A DNA stretch of 64,000 nt, from the NCBI GenBank assembly GCA_934182615.1, contig CAKPRO010000009.1:5282-69281 (forward strand). The letters are read 5' to 3'. The translations under genes were made by a program, and so were the position numbers. Of this stretch, positions 27,146 through 35,718 are shown piece by piece. The stretch is from an uncultured Bacilli bacterium (GTDB lineage: Bacteria; Bacillota_I; Bacilli_A; RF39; UBA660). The number at the start of each line of letters is the position of its first letter. Position 1 is the stretch's first letter. The notes under the pieces are model-generated. The model made no database searches. It saw only the letters and a program-made list of their open reading frames with translations, and was not told the origin of the DNA.

Positions 27146-29522
27146 ATCTTTTCCACCTTTCATTAATTGAAGCTATTCCACCTTCTATGTTATCGGCAAC
27201 AATTTTCAAAACATTACATTCTTCATCTTTATATTCAAGTGCACCATTTTGAATATATATTTTATCTTTTTCATCTTTACCCAAGAATATTACATTATCA
27301 ACATCTAAATTTACGATAAATTGTGGATTATGCGTTATCATAATAATTTGTCTATTCTTGCTCATATCATTAAAATCATTTAAAATATTTTTCTTTATGG
27401 ATGGTTGTGACACGTCATCTTCAGGTTGATCAATTATATATATTCTCTTATCATCAGTTTGGTTAGATATTAAATCAAAATAGATTCTAGAATTTAAACC
27501 TGATGATAATTCTTTTGTTACATCTTTATCTTTATCTTTGTTCCATTCATTTATTGCATTCTCAACAGAAAAAATATCGTTTATTTTATTATCTAATTCA
27601 TTTTTTAGATTTAATAACTTGTTATCGTAAGAAATTTCTTTACTTCTATTATTAAATTTATCTGGAATTGTATTTGGATCAATTGAATTTATATCTTTTA
27701 TACTTTTTCCTAATATTTCTTTAATTAAGTATATTAAATGATCATTTGATATTTCTTTTACCTTAGTTTTTGCGACGAATCTGTATTTTCCAACTATATT
27801 AAAGGATGTTGGTATTTTTTCTTCTTTGATATTTGGCTTATATTTAGTTTCTTTCCTACTCTTAATATAATAATTTATGATGTTTTCCGAAAAAATCTCC
27901 TTATTATTTTCATAATTTGATATTTTTTCTGTTTCATCCGTTTCTATTCTTTTTAGTTCTTTACCTTTTTTAGTGAACTCAGTATTGATTATATTGATTT
28001 TAGATATTTCAAGCAAATTTTGTTTATTTATATCGTTATATTTTGATATTAAAATTTTATAGTGGTCAACGCTATTTTTAATATACTCTTTATCTCCCTT
28101 CTCAAAGCAGTCATTATTCATTACTTCCAATAGCAATGAATTGATTGATTCAAGTTTTTCAATTATTTTATTTACTTCTTTTATTTTCAAATTAATATTG
28201 TTAATAATAGTATTAGTTATATTTTTAAAGCTTAGTGACTTTGAGTTTGAATCAATGATACATATACTAAAATCTATTATCTTATTGAATGCACTGGTTT
28301 TCTCTTCTTTATTTTTTAAAACTGAAATATAACTTTCAATTTCAGATTTATATTTTTTAATATATTTATTTACTGAAGGGGCAACAGGAAAAAAACTATT
28401 CAAGAAATTATCACTATTAAAGTTTTTATTTTCAAACATCTTTCTTATAGAGCCTTGTCCATTAAATTCAGAAATATTTGATTTTGGTATATGTGAATTG
28501 ATTTTTATATTTTTCTCATTCAAATACTCCTCATAACTATTTTTTATTTTATTATCATTTAAATAATTATAATCAGTTAACTTGTGAATTAATAGCGACT
28601 TTCCTATGGAATTATCACCTATAATAACATTGATTCCTTTAGAAAGTTTTATATTATGTTTATTTCCATTTATTTCTATATCTATACTATCCAAATATTT
28701 ATCTGTAACAGGGAAAAAGTTATTAACATAATTTATTCTTTTAGTGTTTGTCATAGCCATGGCTAAACCACGAAAGGTTGGTAAACATTTTAAATATGTA
28801 AATGAAAAATCATCGTTTTCCTCGGGATAATCGGCCCAAATATGGCAATCAGAACCTGTTATAAACTTCAATGTAATATCTTTATATTTTTCCCTGTTTC
28901 TTTCAATATAGTTTTTATTAAATATTTCGTTTATCTTTTTTTTAAATTCAAAGGCCTCAAAAAAATCCAAAAAGACCAATTCATCAAATTTTTCCTTTCC
29001 TAAACTCATGACATCATGATTTCTCGGCTCCTTGCTAGATAGGGTTGCTTTTTGATGGGCTATCATCACTACATTTAAATTAATTTCTTTTAAAATATCA
29101 AGATATTTACTTTCAGAAAATGAATTTAATTTGTTATTATCATACAATGGTTTTCCTTTATTTTTATCAAATATTTTACTTTGTATTTTACTTATTGCTT
29201 CTTCATCTGAATCATCAAATATTGTAATAACATGCAAAACTTTTTTATCATATGCCACCGAAAATTCAACTGCAGGAAAAACCTTTTTAATACTTCCTTT
29301 ATTCTCTTCATTCTTTAATCTTTTATATATATCAAAATCAAAGTTATCATGATCTGATATAGAGCACATATTTATTTTTCTTTCATTTAATTTTTCTATT
29401 AATAAATTTATGTTATCTATTGTCGATAAATCTACACGATCATCACTTTCTTTATGTTTTGACGCAAAAGAATGAATATGAAAATCCACTTTATTGCCTG
29501 TTTCAACTATCTTTTCAATCAT
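27120..29522 (-). CDS. PHP-domain phosphoesterase fused to an ABC/OLD-type ATPase (Ppl-like defence candidate)
   Basis: N-terminus DFHIHSFAS...SISDHDNF...AVEF (PHP). Walker A IIGDNSIGKS, Walker B IYIIDQPEDDVSQ, and IMITHNPQF. Confidence 0.65.
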   Translation of the reverse strand: MIEKIVETGNKVDFHIHSFASKHKESDDRVDLSTIDNINLLIEKLNERKINMCSISDHDNFDFDIYKRLKNEENKGSIKKVFPAVEFSVAYDKKVLHVITIFDDSDEEAISKIQSKIFDKNKGKPLYDNNKLNSFSESKYLDILKEINLNVVMIAHQKATLSSKEPRNHDVMSLGKEKFDELVFLDFFEAFEFKKKINEIFNKNYIERNREKYKDITLKFITGSDCHIWADYPEENDDFSFTYLKCLPTFRGLAMAMTNTKRINYVNNFFPVTDKYLDSIDIEINGNKHNIKLSKGINVIIGDNSIGKSLLIHKLTDYNYLNDNKIKNSYEEYLNEKNIKINSHIPKSNISEFNGQGSIRKMFENKNFNSDNFLNSFFPVAPSVNKYIKKYKSEIESYISVLKNKEEKTSAFNKIIDFSICIIDSNSKSLSFKNITNTIINNINLKIKEVNKIIEKLESINSLLLEVMNNDCFEKGDKEYIKNSVDHYKILISKYNDINKQNLLEISKINIINTEFTKKGKELKRIETDETEKISNYENNKEIFSENIINYYIKSRKETKYKPNIKEEKIPTSFNIVGKYRFVAKTKVKEISNDHLIYLIKEILGKSIKDINSIDPNTIPDKFNNRSKEISYDNKLLNLKNELDNKINDIFSVENAINEWNKDKDKDVTKELSSGLNSRIYFDLISNQTDDKRIYIIDQPEDDVSQPSIKKNILNDFNDMSKNRQIIMITHNPQFIVNLDVDNVIFLGKDEKDKIYIQNGALEYKDEECNVLKIVADNIEGGIASINERWKRYDKNIYDV

Positions 29523-29556
29523 ACTACTACTTCAACTCCTAACTTCTAGCTAATAT

Positions 29557-29603
29557 AAAAAGACGCAGCACAAAAATCTATTAAATAGACCTGTACTAGC
29601 GTC
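29557..29603 (-). terminator. 46-nt hairpin terminator, copy 2
   Basis: Differs from copy 1 by one extra A. Confidence 0.7.
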
Positions 29604-29667
29604 TTTCTTTAACTAATTTAAGTATATCAAATTATTTTTATTTAATCAATATATTTTGACAATTTTC

Positions 29668-29847
29668 TTATTCATCATCCTCAGAATAATAGTCATCATC
29701 TTCTAGTTCTTCTTCTTCAAAGTTAAATGAATCATACTTCTTTTCTTTTACTAATTCTTTTTGCCAATCTTCTAAATCATTATTATCTTTTTTATTATCA
29801 TCTTCTGTATCAGTAAATGCTTTTATTAAGTTCCATATTAAACACAT
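29668..29847 (-). CDS. Small acidic ORF, 59 aa (MCLIWNLIKAFTDTEDDNKKDN...EEEELEDDDYYSEDDE)
   Basis: Below the ORF-track cutoff. SD aggtggtg lies 7 nt upstream, and the junction promoter is directly upstream. Confidence 0.4.
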   Translation of the reverse strand: MCLIWNLIKAFTDTEDDNKKDNNDLEDWQKELVKEKKYDSFNFEEEELEDDDYYSEDDE

Positions 29848-29852
29848 AGTCT

Positions 29853-30079
29853 CACCACCTGAAGTTATTATATCATAGTTTTTTGTTATATATGACTATA
29901 TGCTTATTTTTCTACTCTTATTTATATAATTACTTCTCTATACTAAAATAATATTAGTATATATATCTACTGCTTATATATAATAGGTATCTTGGATACA
30001 TTTAATTAAGACAAGTTTACTTGGCTTAATTAAACACTAATAAGACTTACATAGTAAGGCTTATAGTGAACATAATAAA
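29853..30079 (-). repeat. Junction element J3 (complete copy): hairpin pair + TGnTATAAT promoter + SD
   Basis: See J2. Extended -10 at 29867-29875 (minus strand). Hairpins at 30001-30034 and 30035-30068. Confidence 0.85.
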
Positions 30080-30125
30080 GATAATATATAGGTATATTAA
30101 AACTAAGACTTGATATCTTAGTTTG

Positions 30126-30929
30126 TTATTTAGTTAATGTTAATGTTTTTATTTTAAATTCTTTAGTATCATAACCCCATGGATTAGATACTAATCTTAT
30201 ATTATTTATTATTATATCTTCTTCTTTATGATCATGACCATATATCCATACTGGTGATTTATATTCTTTAACTTCTGTATAGTAACAAGAGTTATTACCC
30301 CTACTATTACTTTTGTTTCTAAATGGTGGTACATGTGTTATTATTAAATCTATATTATTTGGTAAGTTATTATACCAAGATATGCTATCGTTATGTAGTT
30401 TTTGTATTTTATCTTTCTTAGATAATTCTGATAAGATAAATCTTGAATCATTCTGCATAGGATAGTTATATAGTTTATCTACTAATGTTACTGGTTTATA
30501 CCAAAGGGTATCTCCCGCTAATAAGAAGGTATTATAGGTATATAGTCCTTTAGTATTATTCGTTTTATCTAGTATGATTATATCGTTATTATCTTTAAAT
30601 ATTTCATTTAATCTATATACTTTATTCATACTATTATAGTTATATTCTTTAGCCATAGGATCAGTATAGATATATTTTATTACTGGTATATAGTATTCAT
30701 GATTACCTAGGACAAATATTACTTTTTTATAGTATTTTGAACATGAATATAATAGTTCACTCACTCTATTTATATCTTCATCGATATCTCCCGCTACTAC
30801 AAGGATATCTCCTTTTACTTGCATACTTATTTTATCTTGAACTAATTTATCTATTTTGGTTATGCTTTCATTTTTACTTATGTAGTGAGTTAAGTGTAAA
30901 TCAGATACGTAGTCAATGTTTAATTCCAT
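30126..30929 (-). CDS. Calcineurin-like metallophosphoesterase
   Basis: SDLHL, VVAGDI, LGNHEYY, THVPP and YGHDH motifs in the canonical order. Confidence 0.8.
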   Translation of the reverse strand: MELNIDYVSDLHLTHYISKNESITKIDKLVQDKISMQVKGDILVVAGDIDEDINRVSELLYSCSKYYKKVIFVLGNHEYYIPVIKYIYTDPMAKEYNYNSMNKVYRLNEIFKDNNDIIILDKTNNTKGLYTYNTFLLAGDTLWYKPVTLVDKLYNYPMQNDSRFILSELSKKDKIQKLHNDSISWYNNLPNNIDLIITHVPPFRNKSNSRGNNSCYYTEVKEYKSPVWIYGHDHKEEDIIINNIRLVSNPWGYDTKEFKIKTLTLTK

Positions 30930-30983
30930 GGTATTTTTCCTTTCTAGATGCTTATATTATATAGAAAGATGCAAATTATGTCA

Positions 30984-31015
30984 AATAAAAAACCATTGAC
31001 ACTTTTGCCTGTCAA
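30984..31015 (-). terminator. Hairpin ttgaca...tgtcaa plus U-run
   Basis: Read on the minus strand, 3' of the 31033 gene. Confidence 0.5.
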
Positions 31016-31032
31016 CAGTTTCTGCGGATAAG

Positions 31033-31782
31033 TTATTTATTATTACATTTCCTTATAAATTCTTTTTCGTGTTCTTTTAAATAGTTATAACTTCCTTTAA
31101 TAGCGGTATCTATACTATTATTTTTATATATACTTGTTATTTTATCTAGTAAATTTATATTATCTATTTCTACATTATAAAAGATATCATAGCATTTAAA
31201 CTTATGTTTATATATTTTTTGTATGCCGTCACTATTTAGTATTGGGTCTATGACTATTTCACTTAAGTACCATAACAAACTTGGGCTATCAAAATCTTCA
31301 TACTTCCAATTTGGATATATTTCTTTACATTTCTCAAAGAAAAGGAAATGACATAATTCATGCATACAGGTATCTATTAAATCTTCTTTATTTTTCTTAT
31401 GAATATCAAAGGCTTTTTCTTTAATGTATCTAGGACATACTGGTATTAGTCCTATTCCTACTGATATTTCTTTATATTCTTTTGGCCACTTTATATTAAA
31501 GTAATTACTTATTTCTAACATATATTTATCATTATATTCATTCCAGATAGTGGTATATTCTTCTCTCAAGTTATTATTTTCTTTTATAAAGTTATTATAT
31601 CTATCTTGAATTATGTCTTTAATATTATCTTCTTTGGTAAGTCTTTTTAATTCTGGATATAGGAATAATGTTCCTTCTTTTACTGATAATATGTTATCAG
31701 TATCTTTAAGTGTCCATGATAGTATGTCAGATGTTTCTTCAAGAGTTAAATATTTAAATTTTAATTTTGGTATGTTATTCAT
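31033..31782 (-). CDS. HExxH-motif protein of unknown function
   Basis: CMHELCHFLFFEK. Confidence 0.5.
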   Translation of the reverse strand: MNNIPKLKFKYLTLEETSDILSWTLKDTDNILSVKEGTLFLYPELKRLTKEDNIKDIIQDRYNNFIKENNNLREEYTTIWNEYNDKYMLEISNYFNIKWPKEYKEISVGIGLIPVCPRYIKEKAFDIHKKNKEDLIDTCMHELCHFLFFEKCKEIYPNWKYEDFDSPSLLWYLSEIVIDPILNSDGIQKIYKHKFKCYDIFYNVEIDNINLLDKITSIYKNNSIDTAIKGSYNYLKEHEKEFIRKCNNK

Positions 31783-31803
31783 ATTTCCTCCTATTTAATT
31801 ATA

Positions 31804-33405
31804 TCATATTTTGTTTACTTTATCACGATAATCATCATAATTACCAATATATCTAGTGATGTTTTTATTTTTTATTTCTATTATACTAGTAGCTATTTTA
31901 TTTATGAAATATCTATCATGAGATACAAATAATATAGTACCAGTAAACTCCTTTAGTGACTCTTCAAGCATTTCTCTTGTATCAATATCAATGTGATTAG
32001 TGGGTTCATCTAGAATTAAGAAGTTATAAGAATCTTGAATTAGACAGAATATTTTTAATCTTACTTTTTCTCCTCCAGATAAGTATTTTATTTTTTTATG
32101 AATGTTTTCTCCTGCAAAGAGATATTTGAATAAAGCACTTCTTAAATATTGTTCTGGTCCAATGAAATATTTTCTGGCTTCTTCTAGTACTGATAAATTA
32201 ATATCTTCAAACTCGATCTCTTGAGGAATATAACCTATCTTGATATTACTTCCTAGTTTTATACTATTATTTCCTTTTAATATTTCTTTGATTAGAGTTG
32301 ATTTACCGACTCCATTATCTCCGACTAGACATAGTCTATCTTGATATTTAATACTTAGATTAAGATTATTAAATATTTCTTTAGTACCATAAGATAGATT
32401 TAGATTATTTATTGTTAATACATCTTTTCCTGACCTACTAGCGGTATCAAAAGTTATATTTAGTTTTTTCTTGTCTTCTGGTTTATCTAACTTTTCTAGT
32501 TTTTCTAATCTTTTTTCGATATTGGCAGCTCTTCTAAAGAATATTTCTCCACCACTTGGTCCACAAAGCCTGCCATATTCTTTTAATCTTTTGATACTAT
32601 TTTCCATAGCGGTTATTTGTTTTTGTTGGTCTTTATAGTTTTTTAATTCTAGTAATAGTCTATTTTCACTTTCTTTAATATAGTAACTATAATTGCCATG
32701 ATATACTTCTATTCCTCTTTTGGTTAATAAATATACTTTGTTTATGACATTATCCATGAAATAGCGGTCATGTGATACTAGTATTATTGTACCTTTATAG
32801 TTCTTTAATGTTTTTTCTAACCAAATCATTTTATTTATATCTAAATGGTTAGTGGGTTCATCTAATAATAAGACATCTGGTTCTTGTAATAATAATCTTA
32901 TTAGAGATATGATGGTTTTTTCTCCTCCAGATAGGGTATTGAAATTTCTATTTAATATTTCTTCAGTTATATTAAATACTGGTAGTATTTTTTGAATCTT
33001 TGTTTCGTATTCATATCCTCCTAGCGAGATAAACTTCTCTTGCAGATTCATATACTTTGTTATTACTTTATAATCTTCAGTTAAGAGTTTATCTTCATAT
33101 CTTTCTAATTTTTCTTTTAGTTCTATTATTTCTTTAAAGGCACTATTTATATAGTCTTTTACTATTATATCTTTTTTTTCAGGTATTTGACTTAAATAGC
33201 CTATACTTATATTATTTCTTATTGAAAGGGAACCGGAATCTATACTTTCTTGGCCTGCGATTATTTTTAGTATAGTACTCTTTCCACTTCCATTTGTTCC
33301 AATTAAACCTACTTTTTCTCCTTTTTGTACTGTTACGTCTATATTATTTAATACTAAGTCAAAACCAAATGACTTACATACTTTACTTATATTTATATCT
33401 ATCAT
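31804..33405 (-). CDS. ABC-F family ATPase (two ABC cassettes, no TM domain); ribosome-protection type candidate
   Basis: Walker A GTNGSGKST and GDNGVGKST, signatures LSGGEK (twice), and a ~80-aa charged interdomain linker. Start at the ATG after SD gggagga. Confidence 0.85.
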   Translation of the reverse strand: MIDINISKVCKSFGFDLVLNNIDVTVQKGEKVGLIGTNGSGKSTILKIIAGQESIDSGSLSIRNNISIGYLSQIPEKKDIIVKDYINSAFKEIIELKEKLERYEDKLLTEDYKVITKYMNLQEKFISLGGYEYETKIQKILPVFNITEEILNRNFNTLSGGEKTIISLIRLLLQEPDVLLLDEPTNHLDINKMIWLEKTLKNYKGTIILVSHDRYFMDNVINKVYLLTKRGIEVYHGNYSYYIKESENRLLLELKNYKDQQKQITAMENSIKRLKEYGRLCGPSGGEIFFRRAANIEKRLEKLEKLDKPEDKKKLNITFDTASRSGKDVLTINNLNLSYGTKEIFNNLNLSIKYQDRLCLVGDNGVGKSTLIKEILKGNNSIKLGSNIKIGYIPQEIEFEDINLSVLEEARKYFIGPEQYLRSALFKYLFAGENIHKKIKYLSGGEKVRLKIFCLIQDSYNFLILDEPTNHIDIDTREMLEESLKEFTGTILFVSHDRYFINKIATSIIEIKNKNITRYIGNYDDYRDKVNKI

Positions 33406-33418
33406 AATATTCCTCCCA

Positions 33419-33590
33419 TCAAAAAAAGTTATATGAATGTATTGCATCCATATAACTTCTATTTATATATATAGATGCAGGCACGACAAAAACTCACACC
33501 CACATCTCATTTTTTTTACTTTAATTTTTGATGAGATAAAGGTGTGATATTTATAGTAAACATGATTACATTACCTACATATTTATACAT
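33419..33590 (-). promoter_or_regulatory. Leader-peptide attenuator of the ABC-F gene
   Basis: Terminator aagttatatg (33426-33435) / catataactt (33449-33458) plus a seven-T run, just before the SD. Alternative hairpin gcatc.atata / tatat.gatgc (33444-33480). Upstream hairpin 33495-33546 overlaps the leader ORF stop. Confidence 0.65.
33516..33590 (-). CDS. Leader peptide, 24 aa (MYKYVGNVIMFTINITPLSHQKLK)
   Basis: SD GGAGGG lies 7 nt upstream. The stop sits in the loop of the first leader hairpin. Confidence 0.45.
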   Translation of the reverse strand: MYKYVGNVIMFTINITPLSHQKLK

Positions 33591-33839
33591 AAATATCCCT
33601 CCATTTATAATATATTATAGTTTTTTACTTTTGTCAATTGTTTTTACACTATAAGCCATTTGTCTTGCTAGTGTTATTTGGAGTCTTGGGTCTCCAAATA
33701 AGTATTAATTATACTTATTATATATAAGTATGAAATATATACTTAAAGTAGTTTATTATTGGTATTTTTTTTGTTATTTTGAGTATAATAATAATGCAAT
33801 ATACTTGACTTTTTATAATAGTTATAGTATCATTGTATT

Positions 33840-33954
33840 ACCGGAGAGAAATCTCGTCAGGTCGATAGCTCAATGTCGATTTTATTAAATTAAGTGTATG
33901 TTAAGTACACCGCTTGAGTTGGGGAGAGACTACTAGATAGTCTCTTTTCTTTTT
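33840..33954 (+). ncRNA. Candidate ~110-nt small RNA convergent with the DUF3800 gene
   Basis: TTGACT-17 nt-TATCAT (33805-33833), then agagacta/tagtctct hairpin plus tttcttttt (33925-33954). No plus-strand ORF downstream. Confidence 0.25.
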
Positions 33955-34681
33955 ATGGAAATAATAGTTTATGATCGATAATATCAATATCAGAATCAAT
34001 ATTTGATAATGCTCTTCTTCTGGTAGTGCCTGCTATTAAATCTGCTGCTTGCACTAAGTAACTCTTACCTGAATCTTGATATGTTAATCTTATTTCTAAT
34101 TTTCCATATAATATATTTTTATATTTTATATCATAATTAAAATTAGATATTCCATGTAGTAATTCTTCAGTTAGGCCATCTTTTAAATTATAATAACCAT
34201 TACTTTTTGTAGATTGTTCATCTATATTTATTATTAATCTCACATTTTTATGTGGGTTTATTTTTTTATCTTTTATTAATTCTTCTATGGTACTTTTAAT
34301 TAGTCTTCTTATTGTGTAATCTATGTATCTTCCTTTTGATGCTTTATTATTTATAATATGATTATATACTTTTGTATTATTTATTACTAGGGCAATAGTA
34401 TAATATTTACTTATGTAGTTCATAAGTCTTCTTTTATGACCTTTCTTGATATTTGTATTTTTTATTTCTTTACATTTTTTAGTACATTCTCCTTTTGTTT
34501 GTCCGCAGTAGGAACATTTTATCTCATTTATTATTTGGCGATACTGAGTTATAAATTTATCTTTTTCTTGTTTTGATAAAAAGACTATTCCTGCATATAC
34601 TGATACTTTTTCTTTTTTTGTTAATTTACCTGAATCATCTAAATTTATATATATTTCTTGATATTCTTCTTTTTTGTTCAT
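33953..34681 (-). CDS. DUF3800-family protein
   Basis: N-terminal IYINLDDSGKL and C-terminal LVQAADLIAG match the DUF3800 signature as I recall it. Start after SD gaagggag. Confidence 0.65.
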   Translation of the reverse strand: MNKKEEYQEIYINLDDSGKLTKKEKVSVYAGIVFLSKQEKDKFITQYRQIINEIKCSYCGQTKGECTKKCKEIKNTNIKKGHKRRLMNYISKYYTIALVINNTKVYNHIINNKASKGRYIDYTIRRLIKSTIEELIKDKKINPHKNVRLIINIDEQSTKSNGYYNLKDGLTEELLHGISNFNYDIKYKNILYGKLEIRLTYQDSGKSYLVQAADLIAGTTRRRALSNIDSDIDIIDHKLLFP

Positions 34682-34830
34682 ATAAGTGCTCCCTTCAATT
34701 GTTTTAATGTTTATTATAGCATGTACTTTTAATATTGTCATTAGGTTTTAAGTAATTTTGTTTATCAACAATATATGTGGATATAAGAAAAACTATAGAC
34801 ATAAATCTATAGCTTATATAAATACTTTTA

Positions 34831-34912
34831 TTTCAGAGCCATTTGGCCCAGTAAATATTTTTGAAAGACTTTTGGCTTTCAAAAACCTCAAACAATGTAA
34901 TGTGAGAGGGAT
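34831..34912 (+). repeat. Hairpin pair + GAACAA..GTGTGAGAGG box (copy f, first hairpin degenerate)
   Basis: tttgaaAGACttttGGCTttcaaa (34860-34883). About 90 nt aligns with 40193-40280. Confidence 0.7.
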
Positions 34913-34915
34913 ATA

Positions 34916-35341
34916 TTACCTTCTACTTTTTCCTTTAGAAGATAATAGTTCTTCTCTTAAATATCTATAATATTCAATACAATTAACATATTTATTTTCT
35001 TTTTCATTAAATATCCATATAGCAGTTAAATCTTCTAACGAGATAGCTCCCATTTGACCATCTTGTACTTTGGTATAAGGTGCTTCTAGTACTGGTCTTT
35101 TATCGTAGTAAAATAATTTATCTCCACCTCTAGTCCAAAATAATTCATTATTATGACCACCTTTTACTTTATCTTTACTTCTTGCATATCCACTAGTTAT
35201 AATATCTTCTACTTGATCCATACCGGTTACTCTATATACAAAATTATCATTTGTCTTCATAGCAATAGGACTATCTTTCCCAAAAGCTAATTCTCGGACA
35301 AATACTCTATTTCTAGTAGTTTCTATTCTATCGTCTTCCAT
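34916..35341 (-). CDS. Hypothetical protein (141 aa)
   Basis: ORF separated by a 2-nt gap from the upstream gene. No motif recognised. Confidence 0.45.
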   Translation of the reverse strand: MEDDRIETTRNRVFVRELAFGKDSPIAMKTNDNFVYRVTGMDQVEDIITSGYARSKDKVKGGHNNELFWTRGGDKLFYYDKRPVLEAPYTKVQDGQMGAISLEDLTAIWIFNEKENKYVNCIEYYRYLREELLSSKGKSRR

Positions 35342-35343
35342 AT

Positions 35344-35718
35344 TTACTCCTTTTCTATAGTAGTTCTACCACTTATTCTATTATCACTATCTTTAATCCA
35401 AAGATAATATTTTTTATATGTAAAGTAATTACTCTCTACTTTGTTATTTTCTATTTTATTCCAGCATAATGAATCTATACTGGGAACACTCTTAGTTGTT
35501 TTTAGACAGTATTCAGTTGAATCTCCTGTTGTTGTTATTATAAGTTTATTATTTTCTTTAGTAATACTTTCTATTTTAGCTATCATATTTTCATTAGGTT
35601 TAGCATAATACTGATTATTATCACTATCTGGCAAGATATTTTTTGCTGCAATGAAACTAAATACTGATAAGACAAGAATGCCACCAAGTACTATGAATGT
35701 ACTATTATTATTTTTCAT
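35344..35718 (-). CDS. Small secreted or membrane-anchored protein (124 aa)
   Basis: N-terminal hydrophobic segment. Overlaps the ATPase stop. Confidence 0.5.
   Translation of the reverse strand: MKNNNSTFIVLGGILVLSVFSFIAAKNILPDSDNNQYYAKPNENMIAKIESITKENNKLIITTTGDSTEYCLKTTKSVPSIDSLCWNKIENNKVESNYFTYKKYYLWIKDSDNRISGRTTIEKE

Noticed and set aside
33840-33952. SRP RNA or tRNA-like identity for the candidate sRNA (contains gtcaggtc and atagctcaat)
   Set aside because: It lacks the conserved SRP domain IV GGAA/AGCA elements and has no T-arm or acceptor pairing. The resemblance covers only a few nucleotides.
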